Shown here in pieces: positions 1 through 8,807 of a DNA stretch of 64,000 bases. The notes beneath the pieces are model-generated. The model had not been told where the DNA came from. It saw only the letters and a program-made list of their open reading frames with translations, and searched no databases. The stretch is taken from positions 1,353 through 65,352 of the forward strand of contig CALVQH010000002.1 of the NCBI GenBank assembly GCA_944358115.1, written 5' to 3'. Both the position numbers and the translations under genes were made by a program. Positions within the stretch are counted from its first letter, which is position 1, and each line of letters begins with the position of its first letter. Origin of the DNA: an uncultured Bacilli bacterium (GTDB lineage: Bacteria; Bacillota_I; Bacilli_A; RF39; UBA660).

Positions 1-740
1 GCACATAACTCAATTAACTTTTTATCACCGCAAATATAAGCCCCATTACTAGCTATGGATCCTCCTAAGTTTTTAATTAAAGAGCCAACAATCACATTTG
101 CTCCTACTTCTAAAGGAGATGTTTTTTCCACCATTTCACAATAGCAGTTATCTACCATAATAATAACTTCTTTATCTACTTCTCTTATTTTCTCAATTAC
201 TTCTTTTATCTCATCAATTAAAATACTTTTTCTGGCAGAATATCCCCTACTTCTTTGTATTTCAATTAATTTTATTTTTTTCTCTTTTAATTTTTTTGTG
301 ATTGCTTCGATATCAAAATGATTATCAATTAAATCAATTTGTTCATAGTGAATACCAAAACTTTTTAGGGAGCTAGGATTTTCTTTAATTCCAATTACTT
401 CATGTAAGGTATCGTAAGGAAGGCCTGTCATAGAAAGCATGACATCCCCTGGACGAAGAAGAGCAAAAAGAGTGGTTGATAAAGCATGAGATCCACTGAT
501 AAATTGATTTCTAACTAAAGCAGATTCTCCTTTTAATACTCTAGCAAATACTTTTTCAATCGCATCTCTACCTACATCATTGTAACCATATCCCGTGGTC
601 ATATTAAAGTGACTTTCACTTATTTTTTCTTCTCTAAAAGCATTTAAAACTAAATCACTAAAATAGTTTTCCGTTTCTTCGATTTTTTTAAACTCATCTG
701 CGCATTCTAATTCACATTTTTTTACTAATTCATCGATCAT
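1..740 (-). CDS. PLP-dependent methionine gamma-lyase family protein (YnbB / aluminium-resistance family); N-terminal part only, gene runs off window start
   Basis: Not in the ORF track because it is open at the window edge. Own reverse-strand translation from the ATG at 740..738 gives MIDELVKKCELECADEFKKIEETENYF...EEKISESHFNMTTGYGYNDVGRDAIEKVFARVLKGESALVRNQFISGSHALSTTLFALLRPGDVMLSMTGLPYDTLHEVIG...IEIQRSRGYSARKS...VDNCYCEMVE...GSLIKNLGG. This is collinear with the YnbB family. ATGA start/stop overlap with the SDR gene. Confidence 0.75.
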   Translation of the reverse strand, partial: MIDELVKKCELECADEFKKIEETENYFSDLVLNAFREEKISESHFNMTTGYGYNDVGRDAIEKVFARVLKGESALVRNQFISGSHALSTTLFALLRPGDVMLSMTGLPYDTLHEVIGIKENPSSLKSFGIHYEQIDLIDNHFDIEAITKKLKEKKIKLIEIQRSRGYSARKSILIDEIKEVIEKIREVDKEVIIMVDNCYCEMVEKTSPLEVGANVIVGSLIKNLGGSIASNGAYICGDKKLIELC

Positions 741-1468
741 TTTAATCCTCCATCTACTCTTATAATAGAGCCATTGATATAACTTGCTTTTTTACTTGCT
801 AAGAAAAAGACAACACTTGCTACTTCGCTTGGTTCGGCAAAACGATGCAATAAAATCTTCTTACATTCCTCTTTTTTAAATTCTTCATCTAATTCTTTAT
901 TCATGTCGGTATTCATCCAACCAGGAGCAATCGCATTTACTCTAATATTAGGAGCATATTCTACTGCTAAATTATGCGTTAGAGAAATAAGCCCAGCTTT
1001 GGATGCATCATAATCTAGACTATAAGGATAATAAGTATCGATACCATTAGTTGATGCAATATTGATGATGCAGCCTTCATTCATTATTTTACGGCCATAT
1101 TTGCACACTAAAAAGGAACCAATGAGATTGGTTTGTAAAACACTTGTAAAACTTTCTTTGGTTTTATCTTCTACTAAAGAATCTTTATCTATTCCGGCAT
1201 TATTGACAATAACATCTAAGTGTCCTTGCTCTTTCTTTATTTTTTCAATCATTTCTTTTACTTCTGCCTCATTTGCTACATCACAATATATAGGAAATGC
1301 TTTTTGATACTTACGACATAAATCTTCTGCTTCATTTTTACTATGAAAATAATTTACATAAACTATATCTTTATTTTCTAAAAAGGTTTGGGCAATACTT
1401 GCTCCTAAACCACGTGATGCCCCTGTTACTAATACAACTCGATTCATGTACTCACCTCTTGAATTCAT
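737..1468 (-). CDS. SDR-family oxidoreductase (3-oxoacyl-ACP reductase-like)
   Basis: 243-aa ORF with VVLVTGASRGLG Rossmann motif, NNAG, and catalytic YDASK (YxxxK). Confidence 0.85.
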   Translation of the reverse strand: MNSRGEYMNRVVLVTGASRGLGASIAQTFLENKDIVYVNYFHSKNEAEDLCRKYQKAFPIYCDVANEAEVKEMIEKIKKEQGHLDVIVNNAGIDKDSLVEDKTKESFTSVLQTNLIGSFLVCKYGRKIMNEGCIINIASTNGIDTYYPYSLDYDASKAGLISLTHNLAVEYAPNIRVNAIAPGWMNTDMNKELDEEFKKEECKKILLHRFAEPSEVASVVFFLASKKASYINGSIIRVDGGLK

Positions 1469-2759
1469 TATTATACACGTTTGTATTGGTTAAGTCTACA
1501 TTAATTAATTCATCACCATAATAATATTGAATATCAGCTTCTCCTCTTGTCCCTGTATCTAAATAGCGAAGAACATTCCATATGTAGTTTGGATCTCCAT
1601 AGTTTGTTCCTTTTGCATTGGTAATCATATTTAGCCATGAAAAATCCGTAAAATCATTTTTATAATGCTCTAACTGTTCTTCTGTGCAACAATTAGATAA
1701 ACAATATAATCCTTTATTATAGGCATCTACAGCAATGAAAATATTTTTATAGCGATCGATACACCTTCTTAATACGGCACACCCAATTTGAAAGTTATCT
1801 TCCAAATTTTGCATTACTAAATAATTTTTACCCTCTAGTCTTGGGTCATCTAAATGACGAGCATCAGCAACATAAAACTCATCGTATTCTCCTGTTAATT
1901 TACCATTTTCATAAACTGGTACTGTTATCTTTTCAATTGCATTTTCATTATGATATTGGTCTACCTGGAGTTGCATAGGTCCAACTGATCCGAGAGAATT
2001 TATAGTTAAATCAAAAGTTCCTGATTCTTGACATACTAAGGCATAAGTAAGATCTTGGGGTAATCCGTATCTTTCAATCCACTCATCTAAATAAGGGGCA
2101 CAATTTTGGATGGTTTGTTCTAATTTTCCATTTGCAGTTTCATCGTTAAAAGCAAGTTCAACTTGAACTACATTATCATTATCTTTAGCAGAAATATTTT
2201 CTTCTTCGATTGGTAACTCAGGCATACTTACTTTGGGTACACTATAACTAATTTCTTGTTCTACCTTTAAATCTCCTACTTTTTGTTTTTCTAAAGTAGA
2301 AGCTAGGCAAGATATAGCGATAGATAAAGAAAGAAGGCTTGCTGTAATCATGGTTTTAGTTGGTAATTTACTCTTTTTCTTTCTACTTACAGCAGGAATA
2401 TGATTTTTAGGTAATTTTTCTTGATAGTCTTTCCAATTTGATTTTTCTAACGCTGTATTTAATTTATTTAAAAGGCTTTCAAAATAGTGATCAAAAAAAT
2501 CATGATGGGGAAAAAATATTTTTAAATTATCTATAATTAGAGTAATTCCATTATTAAATGTTATTTCCATAGATTTACCTTGATCATGTATTTCTTTTAT
2601 TTTATCTTTAGAAATACTAGATAACAATGTTAAAATATCCTTATCTTTTAAAGAAACATATTTGATTTGGTCATTAAGATATTCATAGGCATAATATTTA
2701 CGTCCTTTATTTTCATCAATATAAAACTTATTCACTTTGCTCACCCATTTTACTTTCAA
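1452..2759 (-). CDS. membrane-anchored protein with C-terminal lytic-transglycosylase (SLT)-like domain
   Basis: 435-aa ORF with a central TM segment (MITASLLSLSIAISCLAS) and SLT-type motifs ALVCQESGTFD, GPMQLQ and AYNKG. Confidence 0.6.
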   Translation of the reverse strand: MKVKWVSKVNKFYIDENKGRKYYAYEYLNDQIKYVSLKDKDILTLLSSISKDKIKEIHDQGKSMEITFNNGITLIIDNLKIFFPHHDFFDHYFESLLNKLNTALEKSNWKDYQEKLPKNHIPAVSRKKKSKLPTKTMITASLLSLSIAISCLASTLEKQKVGDLKVEQEISYSVPKVSMPELPIEEENISAKDNDNVVQVELAFNDETANGKLEQTIQNCAPYLDEWIERYGLPQDLTYALVCQESGTFDLTINSLGSVGPMQLQVDQYHNENAIEKITVPVYENGKLTGEYDEFYVADARHLDDPRLEGKNYLVMQNLEDNFQIGCAVLRRCIDRYKNIFIAVDAYNKGLYCLSNCCTEEQLEHYKNDFTDFSWLNMITNAKGTNYGDPNYIWNVLRYLDTGTRGEADIQYYYGDELINVDLTNTNVYNNEFKR

Positions 2760-2967
2760 TTACTTTGTCAATCATATCATACTCTGCACTTGATAAATCA
2801 TTATCAATAATATATTTATCATCAACAATCTCATAAGAAGATGCTAGTAAATCATTGTCTACTAAATAGACAATATAATTTTTTCCAAAATGATAATCAA
2901 AATGAGTAAATAAAAATGTTGCCTTTATTTTGTTTCCATCGATATCTTCAAGAATCATTTCATTCAT
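2728..2967 (-). CDS. small DUF1292-like protein
   Basis: The track ORF is 2728..3048. I prefer the start at MNEMILEDIDGN (ATG 2967..2965, GGGTGAAG RBS). The pattern ILEDIDGNKIKATFLFTHF...KNYIVYLVDND resembles the DUF1292/UPF0473 family. Confidence 0.5.
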   Translation of the reverse strand: MNEMILEDIDGNKIKATFLFTHFDYHFGKNYIVYLVDNDLLASSYEIVDDKYIIDNDLSSAEYDMIDKVIESKMGEQSE

Positions 2968-3062
2968 AAGCTTCACCCTATCTTTATTATAAATTATTTT
3001 TCGCGTAATCGCTAGATAGAATGCAAAAAAACGTATATAAAAAGTCAACTTTTTGGGTTGAC

Positions 3063-3323
3063 TTATTTTTTAGTTACAATTAACTTCATTGCTGTTTTAT
3101 CTTCACCATTAATTACTACATCATTAAATGCTGGTATTACAACTAAATTATCACCACTAGGTGCTACAAAACCTCTGGCAATTGCAATTCCTTTAATTGC
3201 TTGATTTAAGGAACCAGCTCCAATTGTTTGAATTTCAACTGTTCCTTTCTCTCTAAATATATTAGCAATTGCTCCTGCTACTTTACTAGGATTTGATTTA
3301 CTAGATACTTTTAATATTTCCAT
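3063..3323 (-). CDS. spoVS: stage V sporulation protein S
   Basis: 86 aa. MEILKVSSKSNPSKVAGAIANIFREKGTVEIQTIGAGSLNQAIKGIAIARGFVAPSG is the highly conserved SpoVS sequence. Confidence 0.9.
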   Translation of the reverse strand: MEILKVSSKSNPSKVAGAIANIFREKGTVEIQTIGAGSLNQAIKGIAIARGFVAPSGDNLVVIPAFNDVVINGEDKTAMKLIVTKK

Positions 3324-3369
3324 ATATTTTCCTCGACTTTCTAATTAAATATATGAAAAATAAACGCAA

Positions 3370-3726
3370 TTATTCTTCTAAATTGATTGAATCATAAGCT
3401 CCTAAATCATATACTTCGTAACCTAATTCTAAAAGTTTTAGAGCGGCAATTTTGCTTCTATTTCCACTTTTACAATAAACAAACAAAATCGTATCTTTAG
3501 GAATATCAATTAAATTGGTGATTTCATCATATGGTAAATTGTATGCTCCTTCAATATGATTTTCATCAAATTCATCTCGACTTCTTACATCTAAAACCAT
3601 AAAGCTTTCGCTTTCTTTCATAATGGTTAGTGCTTCAGCGCTATCAATTTTTTCATAACTGTATTTTGTCTCATTAGAACAGCCTAATAAAAGAAAACAA
3701 CAAAATATTACCAAAATATATTTCAT
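3370..3726 (-). CDS. rhodanese-domain lipoprotein
   Basis: Lipobox LLLGCSN and rhodanese active-site loop VYCKSGNRS. Start chosen at MKYILV. Confidence 0.8.
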   Translation of the reverse strand: MKYILVIFCCFLLLGCSNETKYSYEKIDSAEALTIMKESESFMVLDVRSRDEFDENHIEGAYNLPYDEITNLIDIPKDTILFVYCKSGNRSKIAALKLLELGYEVYDLGAYDSINLEE

Positions 3727-4589
3727 TTTTCGCCTTCCCATCTAGCATAAATTCCACAAGGAAGAATTAGTTTTGAATTTTTTACTGGTAAACCTAATTC
3801 ATCGCTACTAACAATTCCTTTGTACTTACTATCGATATGCAAATATAAAAGATCTTCCAATACTGTTTTGGATAATCCTGTAGTATAAGAATTGATTAAA
3901 AATAATAATGGATCACTACTTAATAGCTCGGCAGTATCTTTTAGTAAATCATCTAAGTCGGTTTCGATATTCCATACTTCACTTTTAGATCCTCTACCAA
4001 ATGAAGGGGGATCCATGATAATTATATCATATTTATTTCCTCTTCTAATTTCTCTTTTAACAAATTTTCTAACATCATCTACTAAGAAACGAACGGGAGC
4101 ATTTTCTAAGCCATTTAATTTTACATTTTCTTTGGCCCAATCAATCATGCCACGAGAAGAATCCACATGAACGACGCTTGCTCCGGCGCTAAGAGCTGCA
4201 ATAGTGGCTGCACCAGTATAAGCAAACAAATTTAATACTTTAATTTCTCTACCAGCACTTTTAATTTTTTCGCGAATTAAATTCCAGTTGTAGGCTTGTT
4301 CGGGAAATAGGCCGGTATGTTTGAATCCCATTAATTTTAAATTAAATTTTAAATCATGATAATTAATTACCCATGAAGAAGGAATATTTTTTTTAATCTG
4401 CCACTTTCCTCCTCCAGTATTACTTCGATCATATATTGCATCTGCTGACTTCCAAAGAGCATTTTCTTCTTTTTTCCATATTACCTGAGGATCTGGTCTA
4501 CTTAAAACAATACCATTCCATGATTCTAATTTCTTGCCATTATTTAAATCTAAGATTTGATATTCAGTAAAATCTGTGACTAGTTTCAT
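3723..4589 (-). CDS. class I SAM-dependent methyltransferase (RlmI/YwbD-like rRNA methyltransferase family)
   Basis: 288 aa with SAM motif VLNLFAYTGAATIAA and IIMDPPSFG. Confidence 0.7.
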   Translation of the reverse strand: MKLVTDFTEYQILDLNNGKKLESWNGIVLSRPDPQVIWKKEENALWKSADAIYDRSNTGGGKWQIKKNIPSSWVINYHDLKFNLKLMGFKHTGLFPEQAYNWNLIREKIKSAGREIKVLNLFAYTGAATIAALSAGASVVHVDSSRGMIDWAKENVKLNGLENAPVRFLVDDVRKFVKREIRRGNKYDIIIMDPPSFGRGSKSEVWNIETDLDDLLKDTAELLSSDPLLFLINSYTTGLSKTVLEDLLYLHIDSKYKGIVSSDELGLPVKNSKLILPCGIYARWEGEK

Positions 4590-5110
4590 TTTTTAGACTC
4601 CATTAAATACATAGCAATTGGATCAATGGTATCTAATACACCATTTAAAAAGAAGAAAAAGCCAACAATAATAGTTTGAACAGATGCCTCGTAATATAAA
4701 TTAATTCCTGTTAGTAACCCTGAAGTTAAAAAGACAAATAACATAAATAAACGAAGAATCCACATTTTATTTTGCTTGTCGTGATAAAAGTCAGCTTTTT
4801 TTAGTTTAATTAAGCACATGATACCCATCCAAATTAATAATACTAACACCATATTTTTTGTAGTAAATTCTATCAAAAATAAACTTATTAATGCTCCTAA
4901 AGAGATGAGACAAGTAAACAAACTTTCAAAATCTTTTTCTTTGATAATTAATATAAATTGGGTTAGTTTAATTAAAGCGTAAAAACCAAATATCGTTTTT
5001 AAAATAAAACTCAAATCATTTACTTTAAATGATGGTAATAAAAGGATTACTCCCGCTAGTAACATTAAAGATAAACCTGTTATTAAATCTACTAATTCTT
5101 TTTTCTTCAT
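4586..5110 (-). CDS. polytopic membrane protein, unknown function
   Basis: Several hydrophobic helices. Start moved to MKKKELVDL (GAGGTG RBS), so the terminator at 5143-5173 stays intergenic. Confidence 0.6.
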   Translation of the reverse strand: MKKKELVDLITGLSLMLLAGVILLLPSFKVNDLSFILKTIFGFYALIKLTQFILIIKEKDFESLFTCLISLGALISLFLIEFTTKNMVLVLLIWMGIMCLIKLKKADFYHDKQNKMWILRLFMLFVFLTSGLLTGINLYYEASVQTIIVGFFFFLNGVLDTIDPIAMYLMESKK

Positions 5111-5142
5111 AACACACCTCTTAAACATTATAGCACATTTTA

Positions 5143-5173
5143 TAAAAGAAAAATACAAGTAATTAAACTTGTA
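5143..5173 (-). terminator. Rho-independent terminator of the 5176..6504 gene
   Basis: Perfect 8-bp stem ATACAAGT (5152-5159) / ACTTGTAT (5166-5173), followed on the minus strand by a T-rich run (plus-strand A-run 5143-5151). Confidence 0.6.
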
Positions 5174-5175
5174 TC

Positions 5176-6504
5176 TTAACTTACGATATATGGGTCTGTA
5201 GCTGTACCAGAACCGACTAATTCAAGATCACCTCGTAAATTGATGACAGGACGAATACCAGAATTATAAATGGTCCAATTAAGAAATCCAGTAAATCCAA
5301 CATAGTACATACCAGCACTAAGAGCACTATGAGGAGATATCGTCCAATAATTTTGCCTTGTATATAAACAATAATCACTATTTTCTACATAATAAACTCC
5401 ACCAGAATAAACAGTTTCATCGGCAGTGATTAATCCTATTGAATAAAGAAGTGCCTTATTACCATTGCTTGCATCACTTGCGGTGAACAAATCATTATTA
5501 TTTGTACATTTAAAACTTGGTGTTTTATTAATTTGTACTCTAAAATATGGTGCATAGTATGTTTTATTTGTTCCTGCACCGCCTAATCCGTTACTACTAG
5601 TATTGCTTGTACTTGGATAACGATCATTGCAAAATCCTGCATTTATATCAATATAATTTGTATAATCTAATAAATTAATTTGATACCATTGATCTATCAC
5701 TTCTTTTACTTTGCTATTATTTATATTACTATGTGTTGTTTCATAATTTGAACTACCTACGGTTCCATACATATATCCCACATAAGCATTGTCACTATCT
5801 GAATCATTAAATAAACTTGTACCAATTTGAGTTCCTTCACCGTTTGTATTTGCACTTGTCCCTTGATAAATCATTCTTATAGAGCCAGTACCATTAATTC
5901 GAATAATTCGCCAATAAAAACCGCCAAATCGCACCCAGTTGTCAGTTGGATTTCCAGCAAAATAATAAACTTCTCCATCATTATCATATTGCGTTTCGTC
6001 TAGTGATTTATAAATTGTACCTGTTGTTGTATTTGTTACCGTTGTACTAAAATCATTTCTTGTTAATATAGTGTCATAATGAGATAAAATATAATCTCTT
6101 CCCGTATATGGATTATATTCATCAAAATACAAAGTACATTTTGTTTCCTTTGTTGTATATGGAGTAATACTAAATGCTCCCGTATCACTATCATAGTTTA
6201 ATGTTAAATTATCAATTGTTGTTCCATCTTTATAAGTACATGTACTATTTGTTGTATCTAATGTATAAGTCGTATTACTATCTAATTCTTCTGCTTCTAC
6301 TCCATCGATATATAAAGCTACAATATTTAAGTCTGCCAAACTATAATTAATCGTTCCATTTACTAAAGGTATCGATTGTGTCACTCGGTATTTTGCTCTG
6401 GTAAAGTTTAATACTATAGCACTAATAATTAGTACTGCTACTACTCCTATAATAATGTTCCTTTTTAAATGGCTCTTTTTTAAAATTTCAAACTTCATAT
6501 ACAT
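5176..6504 (-). CDS. N-terminally membrane-anchored extracellular protein (442 aa), Thr/Asn-rich, C-terminal YWT.SP...IRPVINL module
   Basis: TM anchor NIIIGVVAVLIISAIVL, no other TM. The C-terminal pattern YWTISPHS...GIRPVINLRGDL is reminiscent of DUF6273-type extracellular domains (weak, from memory). Paralogue remnants lie at 12965-13225 and 52883-52981. Confidence 0.7.
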   Translation of the reverse strand: MYMKFEILKKSHLKRNIIIGVVAVLIISAIVLNFTRAKYRVTQSIPLVNGTINYSLADLNIVALYIDGVEAEELDSNTTYTLDTTNSTCTYKDGTTIDNLTLNYDSDTGAFSITPYTTKETKCTLYFDEYNPYTGRDYILSHYDTILTRNDFSTTVTNTTTGTIYKSLDETQYDNDGEVYYFAGNPTDNWVRFGGFYWRIIRINGTGSIRMIYQGTSANTNGEGTQIGTSLFNDSDSDNAYVGYMYGTVGSSNYETTHSNINNSKVKEVIDQWYQINLLDYTNYIDINAGFCNDRYPSTSNTSSNGLGGAGTNKTYYAPYFRVQINKTPSFKCTNNNDLFTASDASNGNKALLYSIGLITADETVYSGGVYYVENSDYCLYTRQNYWTISPHSALSAGMYYVGFTGFLNWTIYNSGIRPVINLRGDLELVGSGTATDPYIVS

Positions 6505-6549
6505 GTCACCTACTTTATTTTAGTTTATCATAGCATTTTTTGTTAGTCG

Positions 6550-6625
6550 ATACCTAACAATGAATATTTGTATGTAAAGTATTACTTTACATATTTTTGT
6601 GAGTTAATACCTTACAATAATATTA
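6550..6625. promoter_or_regulatory. divergent promoter/operator region: perfect 21-bp palindrome flanked by a direct repeat
   Basis: ATGTAAAGTA-T-TACTTTACAT at 6572-6592 is a perfect palindrome. ATACCTAACAATGAATATT (6550-6568) and ATACCTTACAATAATATT (6608-6625) flank it. The region lies between the divergent 5176..6504 gene and the XRE gene. Confidence 0.5.
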
Positions 6626-6626
6626 G

Positions 6627-6878
6627 GTGATTAATTTGAAGCAATTAGAGTTTGACAGCAATATTTATGACACAATAAGAAAGAATATTAGAAAATATAG
6701 AAAAGAGAAAAAAATGACTAGTGCAGAGCTTTCTGAATTAGTTGGTTTATCTCATGAATTTATAAGACAAATACAAAGCGATAAAGCTGCTTATAATTTT
6801 TCGGTAGAAACGTTTTATAAAATTTCAGTAGCACTTGGGGTTAGCTTAGATGATTTAATAAAAAAAGATTCAGATTAG
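6627..6878 (+). CDS. XRE-family helix-turn-helix transcriptional regulator
   Basis: 83 aa. KKMTSAELSELVGLSHEFIRQIQS is a typical HTH_3 motif. The true start may be the TTG at 6636 (AGGTGA RBS). Confidence 0.8.
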   Translation: MINLKQLEFDSNIYDTIRKNIRKYRKEKKMTSAELSELVGLSHEFIRQIQSDKAAYNFSVETFYKISVALGVSLDDLIKKDSD

Positions 6879-6895
6879 TCTTCTGAATTTTTTTA
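6868..6895 (+). terminator. Rho-independent terminator of the XRE gene
   Basis: ATTCAGA (6868-6874) / TCTGAAT (6882-6888) stem followed by T7. Confidence 0.6.
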
Positions 6896-6898
6896 GTT

Positions 6899-6977
6899 AT
6901 CACGTTTTTAGGCACGAATATTTTCTTGTTTCATCACGTTTTTGGCACGAATAAATTAGCTTTCCATCACGTTTTTA
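6899..6977. repeat. three direct copies (third truncated) of ATCACGTTTTT(A)GGCACGAATA at 33-34 bp spacing
   Basis: Copies at 6899-6920, 6933-6953 and 6966-6977 (ATCACGTTTTTA only), read directly from the sequence. Confidence 0.7.
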
Positions 6978-7006
6978 AAAAAAAAGATACTATTTCTAGC
7001 ATCTTT
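6977..7006 (-). terminator. Rho-independent terminator of the ABC exporter operon
   Basis: Minus-strand hairpin AAAGATGC...GTATCTTT (one mismatch) followed by T9 (plus-strand A-run 6977-6985). It overlaps the stop codon at 7005-7007. Confidence 0.55.
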
Positions 7007-8807
7007 ATGAAACTTTTTCAAATTGAGAATTATATATTTTGGCATAGAAGCCTTTTTTAGCAAGTAGTTCTTCATGGCGACCCACTTCAACAATGTCTCC
7101 TTCATTCATAACAAGAATTAAATCTGCATTTTTGATTGTTGATAATCTATGGGCAATGATAAATGAAGTTCTACCTTCCATTACTTTATCCATGGCTTGT
7201 TGGATTAATTCTTCGGTACGTGTATCAACATTTGATGTTGCTTCATCTAATATCAATACTTTTGGATTAGCAAGTATAGCTCTAGCAATCGTAAGTAATT
7301 GTTTTTGCCCACCACTAATGTTGTTTGTTTCTTCATTGATCATAGAATTATATCCATCTGGAAGTGTTCTAATAAAGAAGTCAGCACTAGCAGTTTTAGC
7401 GGCATCCATTACTTCTTTATCTGAAGCGTTTAAATTACCATAACGTAAATTATCTAATATTGTTCCATTGAATAACCAAGTATCTTGAAGAACCATGGCA
7501 AATACAGTTTCATATTCTTTTCGTTTATAATCTTTAATATTTACACCATCAAGAAGAATTTCACCACCATTTAATTCATAGAAACGCATGAGTAGTTTTA
7601 CCATAGTTGTTTTTCCGGCACCAGTTGGTCCTACAATTGCAATTTTTTGTCCACTACTTACTTTCGCATTAAAATCTTTAATGATAATTTTATTAGGATC
7701 ATAGCCAAATTTAACATGTTTAAATTCGATATTTCCTTTTACTTTACTACAATCTTTTGTTCCTTCATCGGTATATTCTTCTAATTCTAGGAAGTTAAAT
7801 ACTCGTTCACTAGCAGCGATCATACTTTGAATTAAACTAGAAATTTGAGCTAGTTGAGCAATTGGATTGGTAAAGTTTCTAGAGTATTGAATAAAACTTT
7901 GAATATTACCAATTGTTATTTTACCATTAATTGCAAAGATCGCACCTAAAATAGCAATGATGGTATAGTTTAAGTTTGCTACAAAGTTCATAATTGGATG
8001 CATAAGTCCAGATAAGAATTGAGCTTTAAATCCAGCATCACATAATTTAGCATTATCTCGATCAAAGTTTTTCATTGATTTTTCTTCAGCATTAAAGGCT
8101 TTAATAACTGTATGTCCACTAATCATTTCTTCCACTTCACCATCAACACTACCTAAGTAATTTTGTTGATTTACGAAGTGTTTTTGACTCTTTTTTACAA
8201 TTATCATTACAATAATACTTGCTATAGGTAAAATAAGAGCCGTAATAATTGCTAGGGTTATATTGATTGTACACATCATAATGAAAATACCAACTAAGGT
8301 TACAATTGATGAAACAAGTTGCGTTGCAGATTGATTTAAATTTAGTTGTAATGTATCAATATCATTCGTTATAACAGATAAAATATCACCTGTATTTTGT
8401 TTATCATAATAACTCATAGACAACTTGTTTAATTTATGAGAAATCATACGTCTTAATTTATAACTAGCTCTTTGTGATACATGGGTCATAATTAAGTTTT
8501 GAATATAATTAAATAACGCACTTACGCCATATAAAGCAGCTAAACAAATGAGGATTGTTTTAATAGCACCAAAATCAATTCCACCCGTACCATTTATTTT
8601 AGCAATTAATCCATTGTAAATTTCGGTGGTAGCATTCCCTAAAATTTTGGGAGATATAATAGCAAAAATAGTACTACCTATAGCAAATATAAAGGCTAAA
8701 ATGATTAATATTTTATATTCAGAAATTACTTTTAATAATTTTTTTAATGTTCCTTTAAAGTCTTTTGCTTTTTCGACGGCGCCTGGGCCTCCCATTCTTC
8801 TAGCCAT
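7005..8807 (-). CDS. ABC exporter, fused permease/ATPase subunit (heterodimer partner B)
   Basis: 600 aa with N-terminal 6-TM domain, Walker A GPTGAGKTT, signature ISGGQKQ and Walker B LILDEATS. Confidence 0.9.
   Translation of the reverse strand: MARRMGGPGAVEKAKDFKGTLKKLLKVISEYKILIILAFIFAIGSTIFAIISPKILGNATTEIYNGLIAKINGTGGIDFGAIKTILICLAALYGVSALFNYIQNLIMTHVSQRASYKLRRMISHKLNKLSMSYYDKQNTGDILSVITNDIDTLQLNLNQSATQLVSSIVTLVGIFIMMCTINITLAIITALILPIASIIVMIIVKKSQKHFVNQQNYLGSVDGEVEEMISGHTVIKAFNAEEKSMKNFDRDNAKLCDAGFKAQFLSGLMHPIMNFVANLNYTIIAILGAIFAINGKITIGNIQSFIQYSRNFTNPIAQLAQISSLIQSMIAASERVFNFLELEEYTDEGTKDCSKVKGNIEFKHVKFGYDPNKIIIKDFNAKVSSGQKIAIVGPTGAGKTTMVKLLMRFYELNGGEILLDGVNIKDYKRKEYETVFAMVLQDTWLFNGTILDNLRYGNLNASDKEVMDAAKTASADFFIRTLPDGYNSMINEETNNISGGQKQLLTIARAILANPKVLILDEATSNVDTRTEELIQQAMDKVMEGRTSFIIAHRLSTIKNADLILVMNEGDIVEVGRHEELLAKKGFYAKIYNSQFEKVS

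Noticed and set aside
737-740. Alternative genetic code (TGA = Trp, Mollicutes-like), considered because of the very low G+C
   Set aside because: TGA terminates well-defined genes (e.g. the SDR gene at 737-739 and the Pro-rich protein gene at 11934-11936). All conserved proteins read through at full family length with the standard code.
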